Shown in pieces: positions 1 through 8,314 of a stretch of 24,187 nucleotides of DNA (position 1 is its first letter; the number at the start of each line of letters is the position of its first letter). The notes beneath the pieces are model-generated. The model was not told where the DNA came from. It searched no databases and saw nothing but the letters and a program-made list of their open reading frames with translations. A program made the translations under genes and the position numbers. The stretch lies in IMG/VR virus record IMGVR_UViG_3300037483_000337, positions 1 through 24,187 of that record; one strand, 5' to 3'. This DNA comes from a virus. Its lineage: Duplodnaviria; Caudoviricetes.

Positions 1-120
1 CTCGGCTTCCTCTCCCCCTGAGGCCCCCCTACTGGGGGGCGGAGTGCTCCGAGCAATTTAGTGACCCTCTGTGACGTGACAGCGAGTGACATTTTCTGAT
101 CACTCCCACTAATGACCCCG
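1..120. other. Putative left half of the cos/packaging region
   Basis: Non-coding and upstream of the HNH-terS-terL genes. Contains a pyrimidine tract CTTCCTCTCCCCC, inverted repeats GCCCCCC-TACT-GGGGGGC (23-40) and CGGAG-TG-CTCCG (40-51), and a GTGAC repeat cluster. Forms an imperfect dyad with the last 17 nt of the window. Confidence 0.5.
61..100 (+). repeat. GTGAC direct repeats (candidate terminase small subunit binding sites)
   Basis: GTGAC at 61, 71, 76 and 86, with degenerate CTGAT at 96 (spacing 10/5/10/10). Confidence 0.6.
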
Positions 121-144
121 ATCGACGAAGTACCTCATTAGCAA

Positions 145-269
145 CCCGCCCTTGATCTCGGCGGGGAGGAAGGCTCGGCATCTCCAGGTGCTGGGCCTTC
201 CGCACAAAACAAGGCCTCGGCGGTGGCTAGAACCACCCCGAGGCACGGCCCGATCCTTTAGGGAGATCG
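145..269 (+). promoter_or_regulatory. Structured leader with four hairpins, the last enclosing the RBS of the first gene
   Basis: Stems 145-150/160-165, 168-180/189-201, 214-226/233-244 and CGATC 251-255/GATCG 265-269. The last encloses the SD-like GGGAG (261-265) before GTG 273. Confidence 0.5.
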
Positions 270-272
270 AAC

Positions 273-749
273 GTGAGCAACGATACCTGCGTCATCGATG
301 GCTGCATTAAGCCGCGCTACCAGCGCCGCCGTATGTGCAGCACGCACACCATGCGTCAGCACCGCTATGGCGACCCGACGATTGACAAGACGAAGGTGCG
401 GGGCGTCTGCGAGATCGACGATTGCGAAAAGCCACACGCTGGCTTGGGCTGGTGCAAGGAGCACTATGACCGTTCGCTCCGGTCTGGCGATCCGGCCACG
501 GTCTACATGGTCCGTGATGACGTCGGCTACGGAGCGGCTCACTGGCGCGTATATGCCGCACGCGGCTCGGCTTCGGGCCGTACCTGCTCCGGGTGCGGGG
601 GTTCTGCGGCCCATTGGGCCTACGACCATGCAGACCAGGATGAGCGGGCTTCCGATCGTGGTTCGTTCAGCCTCGACATCGGCCACTACCGACCCATGTG
701 CGTTCCGTGCCACAAGAGGTTTGATCTCGCATCGGCGCTGGTCGGATAG
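273..749 (+). CDS. HNH-like endonuclease with two N-terminal zinc-finger repeats
   Basis: Two C-x-I-D-x-C-x-K-P...C-x2-H...R-x-G-D-P repeats, then CSGC...YDH...CVPCH in the C-terminal domain. GTG start with SD GGGAG; lies directly upstream of the terminase genes. Confidence 0.7.
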   Translation: MSNDTCVIDGCIKPRYQRRRMCSTHTMRQHRYGDPTIDKTKVRGVCEIDDCEKPHAGLGWCKEHYDRSLRSGDPATVYMVRDDVGYGAAHWRVYAARGSASGRTCSGCGGSAAHWAYDHADQDERASDRGSFSLDIGHYRPMCVPCHKRFDLASALVG

Positions 750-757
750 GAGACGAG

Positions 758-1177
758 ATGCCACCCCGCAAACTGGTCGCCGTCCCCGAGGAAACCCGTG
801 AACGTGCCCCCGACCTGCGCGACGCAGTCAAGGCCGCGCTCGACGAGATGACATGGCTCACTCCCAGCGACGGGGCCATGAAGACTCTCGCTCTCAGGCA
901 GGCCGAGGAGATCGAAAAGGCTGTCGACCGCGCCGAGGAGCTAGCCGATCTGCAGCGCGAGTTCGCCGGCGACCAGTCGATGTTCAAGCGCCTCCAGAAG
1001 CTGGAGGCAATGTGCGAGGTCACCAAGACCGTCGGATGGCTCGGCCCGCAGCTGCAGGGCGTTCTGAGGGACCTCGGCGGCGCACCGGCGGCCCGTGCGG
1101 CCCTGAAGGTAGAGAAGCCGATCGGAGGTCGCCTTGCTGACCTACGCTCCGCCGCTGCTCGGAAGCACGACGCCTAG
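758..1177 (+). CDS. terS: Terminase small subunit
   Basis: SD AGGAG. Helical 139-aa protein ending GPQLQGVLRDLGGAPAAR...LADLR, typical of actinophage TerS. Overlaps terL. Confidence 0.8.
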   Translation: MPPRKLVAVPEETRERAPDLRDAVKAALDEMTWLTPSDGAMKTLALRQAEEIEKAVDRAEELADLQREFAGDQSMFKRLQKLEAMCEVTKTVGWLGPQLQGVLRDLGGAPAARAALKVEKPIGGRLADLRSAAARKHDA

Positions 1178-2693
1178 GCTCTTCACCCCGCCGGTCACCA
1201 CTGGCCGTCCTGGCCCGTGTGGCTGTGGCTGCTCGCTGACGTCGGCCACCTCGCTGGGCTTCTCCGCCCTGGAGTTCGCCGAGGAAGTGCTGGGGATCGA
1301 GCCTCTGCCGTGGCAGCGCTGGCTGCTGATCCACGCGCTGGAGCTGCGCCCCGACGGCCGGTTCCGGTTTCGCACGGTGATCGTGCTGGTGGCCAGGCAG
1401 AACGGAAAGACCACGATCGTCGAGGTCAAGAACCTGTGGAAGATGTTCGTCCTGCAGGTGCCGCTGGTGATCGGTACCGCCCAGAACCTGGACATCTCCG
1501 AGGAGTCCTGGGACAAGGCCGTCGAGATCGTCGAGTCCGTTCCTGACCTGGCGGTCGAGATCAAGCACATCGACAAGACCAACGGCAAGAAGGCGCTGCG
1601 TCTCACGAACGGGTCCCGCTGGAAGATCGCCGCAGCCTCCCGCAAGGGAGGTCGTGGCCTCTCCGGTGACGATGTGAACCTGGATGAGCTGCGCGAGCAC
1701 CACAACTGGTCCTCCTGGGCCGCCGTCACCAAGACGACGATGGCCCGGCGGAACCCGCAGGTCTGGGCGTTCTCCAACGCTGGCGACGACCGCAGCGTGG
1801 TCCTGAACGACCTGCAGGCCAAGGGCCAGGCGGCTGCGGCCAACCCGGCCGCCGCAGACCCGTCGCTCGGCTTCTTCGAGTGGTCGGCGCCGGACGACGT
1901 GAAATGCACGTGTGGCCGGCCGAACGACATCCACAGCGCGGACTGCCGCCTGCAGGACCGCGAGGCCTGGGCGATGGCGAACCCGTCGCTCGGCTACACG
2001 GTCACCGAGGAGGGCCTGGCGTCCGCGCTGTCAACGGACCCTGAGGCGGTGTTCCGCACGGAGTGCCTGTGCCAGCGCGTGGAGTCCCTGGTGCCCGACT
2101 GGGCCATCATCGGCCGCCACGCCTGGGAGTCACTCGCTGTGACGCCAGTCGATCGGGACCTGTTGAAGCCGGTCGCCTTCGCGGTGGACGTCAACCCGGA
2201 GCGGTCGCACGCCAGCATCGGCGTGGCCGGCCGATACGAAGGCAAGACCTACGTCGAGCTCGCTGCCTACCAGCGCGGTACGGCCTGGGTGGTGCCGTGG
2301 CTGGTCGATCGGGTCGAGCAGTACAACCCGTGCGCCGTGGTCGTGGCCAAGAACAGCCCGGCCGGGTCGCTGATCCCCGACATCGAGGCCGCAGGTATCG
2401 AGGTCGTGAAGCCCTCGACGAGCGATGAGGCGCAGGCGTTCGGCTCTTTCACCGACGGTGTCTCGCCGAAGGACAGCGAGCCCACGCTGAGCCATCCCGG
2501 GCAGCGCCCGCTGGACGACGCCGTCAAGGGTGCCGCGCAGGTGGACCTTGGGGACGGCGCGCACCGATGGTCGCGCAGGTCCTCGCTCATCGACATCTCG
2601 CCACTGACCGCCGTCACGCTCGCCGCATGGGGCCACGCAACGCACGCGCACCTGATCGAAGAAGAGACCGAGCCGTGGGTGGCATGGACATGA
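1134..2693 (+). CDS. terL: Terminase large subunit
   Basis: LPWQ adenine-binding motif, Walker A VARQNGKT, Walker B region GRGLSGDDVNLDELREH, coupling motif SNAG, WAMANPSLG, nuclease domain FAVDV...DISPL. Confidence 0.96.
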   Translation: MLTYAPPLLGSTTPRLFTPPVTTGRPGPCGCGCSLTSATSLGFSALEFAEEVLGIEPLPWQRWLLIHALELRPDGRFRFRTVIVLVARQNGKTTIVEVKNLWKMFVLQVPLVIGTAQNLDISEESWDKAVEIVESVPDLAVEIKHIDKTNGKKALRLTNGSRWKIAAASRKGGRGLSGDDVNLDELREHHNWSSWAAVTKTTMARRNPQVWAFSNAGDDRSVVLNDLQAKGQAAAANPAAADPSLGFFEWSAPDDVKCTCGRPNDIHSADCRLQDREAWAMANPSLGYTVTEEGLASALSTDPEAVFRTECLCQRVESLVPDWAIIGRHAWESLAVTPVDRDLLKPVAFAVDVNPERSHASIGVAGRYEGKTYVELAAYQRGTAWVVPWLVDRVEQYNPCAVVVAKNSPAGSLIPDIEAAGIEVVKPSTSDEAQAFGSFTDGVSPKDSEPTLSHPGQRPLDDAVKGAAQVDLGDGAHRWSRRSSLIDISPLTAVTLAAWGHATHAHLIEEETEPWVAWT

Positions 2694-2706
2694 CAGGAGG
2701 TCGGCT

Positions 2707-3117
2707 ATGGCCGGTTCGGTGACGGCGACGCAGGGTTCTACGAGTCAGCAGGTGAAGCGGTATTCGCTGGCGTGGACATCTGACGCGTCGGGGGTGGTCA
2801 GTGGCACGTCGGCGCCGATCGGGCAGGGAACGATCGTGGCCGTCACGTTCAGCCCGGGCAGTGGCGGCACTCAGCCGACGGACGCCTATGACCTGACGTT
2901 GCTGTGTGACACCCATGGCAACGATGTGATGGGCGGCGAGGGCGCGAACCTGTCGAATGCGACGTCTGCTCACACGGTTCCTTTCATCTCGAATACTTCC
3001 GGGGTGTCGTTTGTCCGTCAGTGGCTGCATGGCGGCGGTTACACGCTGACGATCGCGAACGCGGGCAACGCCAAGACGGGCACGGTCGACATTTACGTCT
3101 CGAATCGGCCGCTGTAG
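2707..3117 (+). CDS. Hypothetical beta-strand-rich protein, possible virion decoration protein
   Basis: Strong SD AGGAGG. Rich in Ser/Thr/Gly, few charges, alternating beta patterns. Confidence 0.7.
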   Translation: MAGSVTATQGSTSQQVKRYSLAWTSDASGVVSGTSAPIGQGTIVAVTFSPGSGGTQPTDAYDLTLLCDTHGNDVMGGEGANLSNATSAHTVPFISNTSGVSFVRQWLHGGGYTLTIANAGNAKTGTVDIYVSNRPL

Positions 3118-3122
3118 TCCCG

Positions 3123-3338
3123 GTGACCACTGCGACCTTGCCCCAGTTCTCCGCCCCTTGGGTGCGTAAGCGTGCCCTGGGCCTGCTGAGCGTGCTCCTG
3201 ACGGCCCTGGCGCTGCTGCCCTATGTGCTTGGTGTGGTGGCCGGGGCTGTGGTGGCGGTGTGGGTGTGGGCGTGGGCTGCGGTGGTCGTGGGCTGGCGCG
3301 ATGGCAGGAATTCGATCCGGAAGGGGTGGTCGGCGTGA
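3123..3338 (+). CDS. Small membrane protein
   Basis: GTG at 3123 just after the previous stop. Long hydrophobic stretch ALGLLSVLL...WAAVVVGW. Stop overlaps the next start (GTGA). Confidence 0.7.
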   Translation: MTTATLPQFSAPWVRKRALGLLSVLLTALALLPYVLGVVAGAVVAVWVWAWAAVVVGWRDGRNSIRKGWSA

Positions 3339-3733
3339 ACGAGATCTCCGTGAAGAAGTTCGGCTTCCCGGTCGTCATCGAATTCGACGGGTCCGGCCGG
3401 GCCATCTGCTTCTGTGGGTGTGGCGGCCTGCTGGTCGAGGTCCAGCCGGGGAGTTTTATGTGCCCGGACTGGGCACCCGTCCACCAGGCACTGAGGCAGG
3501 CGACCGAGCGGTTCTTTGAGGAACTGCTCATCACGGGCTCCGGGTCGATTGAGAGCGCTGGCCCGACTGAACTTCTCGCCGCGATCTCCTCTCCGCCCCT
3601 CTGGTCGCTGGAGAGCGGCCTGAGGTTCCAGCGTGCCGGTGAGTGCCGCACGGCCGATCTGAGCGAGTTCTCCCCGCCAGTGGACTGGGATGCCGCACTC
3701 CGCGCTCTGGGGCGGGCTGGGTGGTCAGTGTGA
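3335..3733 (+). CDS. Hypothetical protein with Cys motif (CFCGCG...MC)
   Basis: GTGA coupling at both ends (3335-3338 and 3730-3733). Confidence 0.7.
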   Translation: MNEISVKKFGFPVVIEFDGSGRAICFCGCGGLLVEVQPGSFMCPDWAPVHQALRQATERFFEELLITGSGSIESAGPTELLAAISSPPLWSLESGLRFQRAGECRTADLSEFSPPVDWDAALRALGRAGWSV

Positions 3734-4200
3734 GCGACGCTCAGGTCATTCGCCCCGGCGACACCGTAATCGTTCGGATGGACCGGACTATCGCGGCCGA
3801 GATGGCAAGTCAGATGCTGGCGGCCTATGCCAAGGCATTCCCTGGCGTGAAGGTTGTGGTCGTCAGCGGGGTTCTCGGCATCGACGTCTTCCGCCCCGAC
3901 CCAGCCGAGTCGCCCTCTGAGTCGCCGAGCGAGACCGGAAACTGCCCTGACTGTGCGGCTACCGCCGGGATGCCGCACGACGACGGCTGCGACGTCGCAC
4001 GCTGCACTACGTGCGGCTTCCAGCGGATCGGCTGCTCTTGCCCGAATGGCGTCGGATGGGGCCAGGTGTGGACCGGCCGCTGGCCCGGTCTGGCCGACGT
4101 CGAAGCCCTGGGCCTCTCGGACCTGAACGAACTGGGGGCGCTGGCCACAGACGGCACTCTGTGCTGGAACCAGAGCGATCAGCGCTGGGAGCGGCCCTGA
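3730..4200 (+). CDS. Hypothetical two-domain protein with a Cys/His-rich putative Zn-binding C-terminal domain
   Basis: CPDC-x7-H-x3-C-x4-CTTC-x6-CSC...WTGRWPG. GTGA overlap upstream and TGATG overlap with the portal gene. Confidence 0.75.
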   Translation: MSDAQVIRPGDTVIVRMDRTIAAEMASQMLAAYAKAFPGVKVVVVSGVLGIDVFRPDPAESPSESPSETGNCPDCAATAGMPHDDGCDVARCTTCGFQRIGCSCPNGVGWGQVWTGRWPGLADVEALGLSDLNELGALATDGTLCWNQSDQRWERP

Positions 4201-5555
4201 TGGGCCTTCTCCAGCGGATGGCCGCCGCTCGTGCGCCCGTCGAGGAGCGCGACATCACGACGGTCGAGGAGTACGCCCAGGCCGTCCAGGCGAGCATGTA
4301 CGGCTACAACGGTGGCGTCACCCAGACCCTCAACGGCGGCCCCGGCGAGAAGGCCCCCAACGACCTCCAGGCCTACGCGGTTCAGGCCTATGCCAGCAAC
4401 GGCCCCGTGTTCGCCCTGATGGGCGTCCGCATGCGGGCCTTCAGTGCGGTCCGGTTCCAGTTCCAGAACATGCGCGGCGGGCGTCCCGGCGACCTGTTCG
4501 GCAACCCGACGCTAAACCTCCTGGAGAAGCCCTGGCCGGGCGGCACCACCCAGGACCTGATGATCCGCATGATCCAGGACGCGGACCTCGCCGGGAACTC
4601 TTACTGGACCGCCCAGGAGGACGAGCTGATCCGGCTGCGTCCGGACTGGGTCGACATCGTCCTGGAGCCGCGCCGGTTCCGTGGCGGCGTCCTGGGATAC
4701 CGGAAGATCGGCTACCTCTACAGCGAGGGCGGCATTGACGGCACCGCGGTGCCGCTGCTGCCCGACGAGGTCGCCCACTTCGCGCCGCAGCAGGACCCGC
4801 TTGCCACCTACCGGGGCATGTCGTGGCTGACCCCGGTGATCCGCGAGTTGTTGAACGACAAGCTCATGTCGCGGCATCAGGCGAAGTTCTTCGAGAACGG
4901 CGCCACGCCCAACATGATCGTCAAGTACGACGCGTCCATGACACCCGTGAAGTTCGAGGCGTACATGAAGCTCCTCGACAAGAAGAACACCGGCGTCGAC
5001 AAGGCGTACAAGACCATGCACCTGGCGGCCGGTGCCGATGCCACGGTGGTCGGCTCGGACTTCGAGCAGATGGCGTTCACCGCCACGCAGGGCCGCGGTG
5101 AGACCCGCCTGGCCGCCGCTGCCGGGGTGCCGCCGGTCATCGTCGGGTTCTCCGAAGGCCTGAGCGGCTCCAGCCTCAACGAGGGCAACTTCGGGGCCGC
5201 GCGCCGCCTGCTAGCCGACAACACGATGCACCCGCTGTGGATGAACGCCGCGGGCAGTATGCAGCAGATCCTGTCGGCCCCACCCGGTGCGCGCCTTTGG
5301 TACGACGCCCGCGACGTCCCGTTCCTCCGCGAGGACGCCAAGGACCAAGCGGAGATCCAGGACCTTGAGGCCAGGACGCGCCGCACCTACCTGGACGCCG
5401 GATACACCGCCGACTCGATCAAGACCGCCATGGCCGCAGGCGACATGAACCTCCTGCAGCACAGCGGCTACTTCAGCGTGCAATTGCAGGCCCTGGGCAG
5501 CGGAGCGGCCGCGCCGTCCACAGATACACCACCCGACGAAGGGACTGCGCCGTGA
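4200..5555 (+). CDS. Portal protein (HK97 family)
   Basis: ATG at 4200 overlapping TGA. Motifs LLEKPWP, LAGNSYW, LRPDWV, EVAHF...RGMSWL, FFENGATP, AAAAGVPP. Confidence 0.95.
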   Translation: MGLLQRMAAARAPVEERDITTVEEYAQAVQASMYGYNGGVTQTLNGGPGEKAPNDLQAYAVQAYASNGPVFALMGVRMRAFSAVRFQFQNMRGGRPGDLFGNPTLNLLEKPWPGGTTQDLMIRMIQDADLAGNSYWTAQEDELIRLRPDWVDIVLEPRRFRGGVLGYRKIGYLYSEGGIDGTAVPLLPDEVAHFAPQQDPLATYRGMSWLTPVIRELLNDKLMSRHQAKFFENGATPNMIVKYDASMTPVKFEAYMKLLDKKNTGVDKAYKTMHLAAGADATVVGSDFEQMAFTATQGRGETRLAAAAGVPPVIVGFSEGLSGSSLNEGNFGAARRLLADNTMHPLWMNAAGSMQQILSAPPGARLWYDARDVPFLREDAKDQAEIQDLEARTRRTYLDAGYTADSIKTAMAAGDMNLLQHSGYFSVQLQALGSGAAAPSTDTPPDEGTAP

Positions 5556-6535
5556 GCGCACGAGAGCTTCTCGAACGGTCAGTTCCGTTCGAACTCCGAG
5601 ACGACGGCGGGACCGGATCCGGCGACGGCGACGGCGACGGCCTGACCCTCGAGGGTTACGCCGCCATGTTCGGCGAACCGACGATGATCGACTCCTGGGA
5701 GGGCTGCTTCTACGAGCAGATCCGGCAGGGCGCGTTCAAGAAGTCGATCCGCGAGCGGATGCCGGTCATGCAGTTCGACCACGGCAGGCATCCGCTGATC
5801 GGCAGCCTGCCGATCGCCGCGATTCAGGAGCTCGCCGAGGACGACCGCGGCCTGCCCGTCAAGGCCCGCATCTCGGATAACTGGCTGATGCAGCCGGTCA
5901 GGGACGCGATCGCCGAGGGTTCGGTCACGGGCATGTCGTTCAGGTTCTCCGTCGTCCGCGAGGAATGGCGGGACGTCAACGACAAGGTGGTCCGGACCGA
6001 AGAGGTTGACCAGCTCCTCTGGAACCCCGGCGACCGCGGGCCCCTCACGCGAACCCTGATCGAGGTCAAGCTGCACGAGCTCGGCCCGGTCGTGTTCCCC
6101 GCCTATGCCGGGACTTCGGTGGGTATGCGCGCGCAGGCCCTCGCCGGAACCATCCGCAGCGACGGCGACCTGCGCCGCGAACTCTGCCGCTCTCTGGTCG
6201 TCCAGGCCCCCACGCCTGGCGACCTATCAGACCCGGAGCTGCGCCGCGATGTGGCGCGGGCTCTGTTGTTCGGCCCGGCCGCGCCGCTCTTCAGGGAGCA
6301 CCCGGCCGACGAGGAAGACCGCTCGAATGCTGCGCCGCTCGAACCTGGGCACCCGGCCGTGAGCACTGACGCGCCGCCCTCCGATGGGCACCCGTCGCCA
6401 ACCCCGACGACCAGCCAGGACCGCCTTCGCGCCGAGATCCAAGAGATCACTTCGGACATGCGTGCACACCTGGCGACCATCGCAGATAGGGCAAGTAATG
6501 GAGCTTTCACATCCCCAGGCACTGATCCGCCTTGA
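5552..6535 (+). CDS. Prohead (capsid maturation) protease, HK97 family, with C-terminal extension
   Basis: LEGYAAMF, EQIRQGAF, catalytic-type FDH and GMSFRF, LHELGPVVFPAY. Lies between portal and capsid. Confidence 0.93.
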   Translation: MSARELLERSVPFELRDDGGTGSGDGDGDGLTLEGYAAMFGEPTMIDSWEGCFYEQIRQGAFKKSIRERMPVMQFDHGRHPLIGSLPIAAIQELAEDDRGLPVKARISDNWLMQPVRDAIAEGSVTGMSFRFSVVREEWRDVNDKVVRTEEVDQLLWNPGDRGPLTRTLIEVKLHELGPVVFPAYAGTSVGMRAQALAGTIRSDGDLRRELCRSLVVQAPTPGDLSDPELRRDVARALLFGPAAPLFREHPADEEDRSNAAPLEPGHPAVSTDAPPSDGHPSPTPTTSQDRLRAEIQEITSDMRAHLATIADRASNGAFTSPGTDPP

Positions 6536-7979
6536 GGACATCACCGCGGAGCTGGAGAGGCTCGGCGGCAAGGACAAGCTGACCCCCGAGGACAAGCAGC
6601 TCTTCAACGAGCTGACCCGTGAGTTCGAGGAGACCGACGACCACCGCCAGCACCTGGAGCGTCAGTCCGCGCTCGCACGGGTCCGCTCGGCATCGGTCAC
6701 CACCACCGCCCGCACGACCGCTACGGCGCCGCGCACCGAGCGCGGGGTCGCCTACAGCTCGGACGGCTACGACACCGACCCGATTCTGAACCCCGACTCC
6801 GTCGAGGAGTGCCGGTTCCGCAACCCGTGGGACCTCAGCGAGATCCGCACCTACGGCCGGTCCAAGGGCCAGGTGAATGCGGAGCTGCGCGCCCGCGCCC
6901 TGTCGGCCATCGAGAAGATGTCCGGCGCGGACGACCAGATCAGGTCCGCCGGCACGGGCATCGTGGAGCGGTGGGACGACGGAGACAGCCGCATCGCCAA
7001 GATGGTCCTGGCGACGTCCAGCCCCGACTACCTGCGGGCCTGGTCCAAGTGCGCCGGCGACCGTAAGCACCTCCTGACCCAGGACGAGCAGGTCGCCCTC
7101 GAGCGGGCCATGTCGCTGACCGACTCGGCCGGCGGCTACCTGGTGCCGTTCCAGCTGGACCCGACCGTCATCATCTCGAGCAACGGATCCCGGAACCAGA
7201 TCCGCCAAGTCGCCCGCCAGGTCGTCGCGACCGGCGACATCTGGAACGGCGTCTCCTCTGGTGCCGTCTCCTGGTCCTGGGACGCCGAGGCCGCGGAGGT
7301 CTCCGACGACACCACGACCTTCGCCCAGCCGACGGTCCCGGTCTACAAGGCCGCGGGCTTCGTGCCGATCAGCATCGAGGCGCTGGAGGACGAGGCCAAC
7401 GTGACCATGGAGGTCGCCCGCCTCCTGGCCTTCGGCAAGGACACCCTCGAGGCCGCGGCGTTCGCCACCGGGTCGGGCTCCGCTCAGCCGACCGGCATCG
7501 TGACCGCCCTGGTCGCCAGCTCGCCGACGGTCATCGTGAACAGCGCGGGCGCCAACGCGTTCGCCGCGGCGGACGTGTACGCCCTCGACAACGCCCTCCC
7601 TGCGCGGTTCCGGGCGCAGGCGTCGTGGCTGGCCAACCGCACCACCTACAACCTGATCCGCCAGTTCGACACTGGCGGCGGTGCGCAGATGTGGGAGCGG
7701 ATCGGCGCCGACGTGCCGCCCGAGCTTCTGGGCCGCGCCGCCCTGGAGTCGGAGGACATGGACGGCACGTTCGGGTCGGGCGAGAACTACACCCTGATCT
7801 ACGGCGACTTCGAGAACTACGTCATCGCGGACCGGGTCGGCATGCAGGTCGAGTTCCTGCCGCACCTGTTCCACACCAGCAACAACCGCCCGTCCGGCCA
7901 GCGCGGCTGGTACGCCCACTATCGCGTTGGGGCTGACTCCGTCCAGGACGGAGCTTTCCGCATCCTTGACGTCACGTAG
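6498..7979 (+). CDS. Major capsid protein (HK97 fold, N-terminal coiled-coil delta domain)
   Basis: GGYLVP, WDAEAAE, GSGSAQPTGI, LLGR, YGDFENYVIADR. Charged helical N-terminus. ATG 6498 preferred over 6384. Confidence 0.96.
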   Translation: MELSHPQALIRLEDITAELERLGGKDKLTPEDKQLFNELTREFEETDDHRQHLERQSALARVRSASVTTTARTTATAPRTERGVAYSSDGYDTDPILNPDSVEECRFRNPWDLSEIRTYGRSKGQVNAELRARALSAIEKMSGADDQIRSAGTGIVERWDDGDSRIAKMVLATSSPDYLRAWSKCAGDRKHLLTQDEQVALERAMSLTDSAGGYLVPFQLDPTVIISSNGSRNQIRQVARQVVATGDIWNGVSSGAVSWSWDAEAAEVSDDTTTFAQPTVPVYKAAGFVPISIEALEDEANVTMEVARLLAFGKDTLEAAAFATGSGSAQPTGIVTALVASSPTVIVNSAGANAFAAADVYALDNALPARFRAQASWLANRTTYNLIRQFDTGGGAQMWERIGADVPPELLGRAALESEDMDGTFGSGENYTLIYGDFENYVIADRVGMQVEFLPHLFHTSNNRPSGQRGWYAHYRVGADSVQDGAFRILDVT

Positions 7980-8006
7980 AGTCACAATCGACCATCGAAC
8001 AGCAAG

Positions 8007-8038
8007 CGAAGGGCCTGGGCATCCGTCCGGGCCCTTCG
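8007..8038 (+). terminator. Stem-loop after the capsid gene (terminator or mRNA stabiliser)
   Basis: CGAAGGGCCTGG...CCGGGCCCTTCG, a 12-bp stem with one G-U pair, in the gap after the MCP stop. Weak U-tail. Confidence 0.75.
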
Positions 8039-8056
8039 TGCTGAGAAGGGATCGCC

Positions 8057-8314
8057 ATGGCGATCAAGCGATGCAACGCGGCGTTCGTGGTCTACCGCGA
8101 CGGCCAGCCCCGCATCTTCAACCCGGGCGTACTGGTCGACGAGTCGGATCCAATCGTCTCCGAACACCCCGACAACTTCGAGGACGTCGAGACCTACGTG
8201 TCCGACCGCACGGCCGCGCCCGTCGAGCAGGCCACCAGCGAGCCCGGCGAGAAGCGGAACCTGCGCAGGCCGACGCCGGCCCGTGCCAAGACGGCGAAGG
8301 AAGACGGATCATGA
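8057..8314 (+). CDS. Small hypothetical head-region protein
   Basis: SD GAAGGG. VEQATSEPGEKR motif of the kind seen in small post-capsid genes of actinophages. ATGA overlap with the next gene. Confidence 0.75.
   Translation: MAIKRCNAAFVVYRDGQPRIFNPGVLVDESDPIVSEHPDNFEDVETYVSDRTAAPVEQATSEPGEKRNLRRPTPARAKTAKEDGS

Noticed and set aside
4011-4199. Longest-ORF starts for portal (4011), capsid (6384), terminator (9374), endolysin (20879), holin (21890) and HTH gene (24066)
   Set aside because: Downstream starts are better supported by SD sequences, stop/start overlaps or domain boundaries. The extensions overlap other genes or structured non-coding DNA.
5622-5641. GGCGAC tandem repeat in the protease gene
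   Set aside because: Short in-frame Gly-Asp linker (GDGDGDG) with no sign of phase variation.
6363-6535. Possible protease-capsid fusion by frameshift
   Set aside because: It would need a +1 shift and I see no slippery site. The capsid gene has its own ATG.
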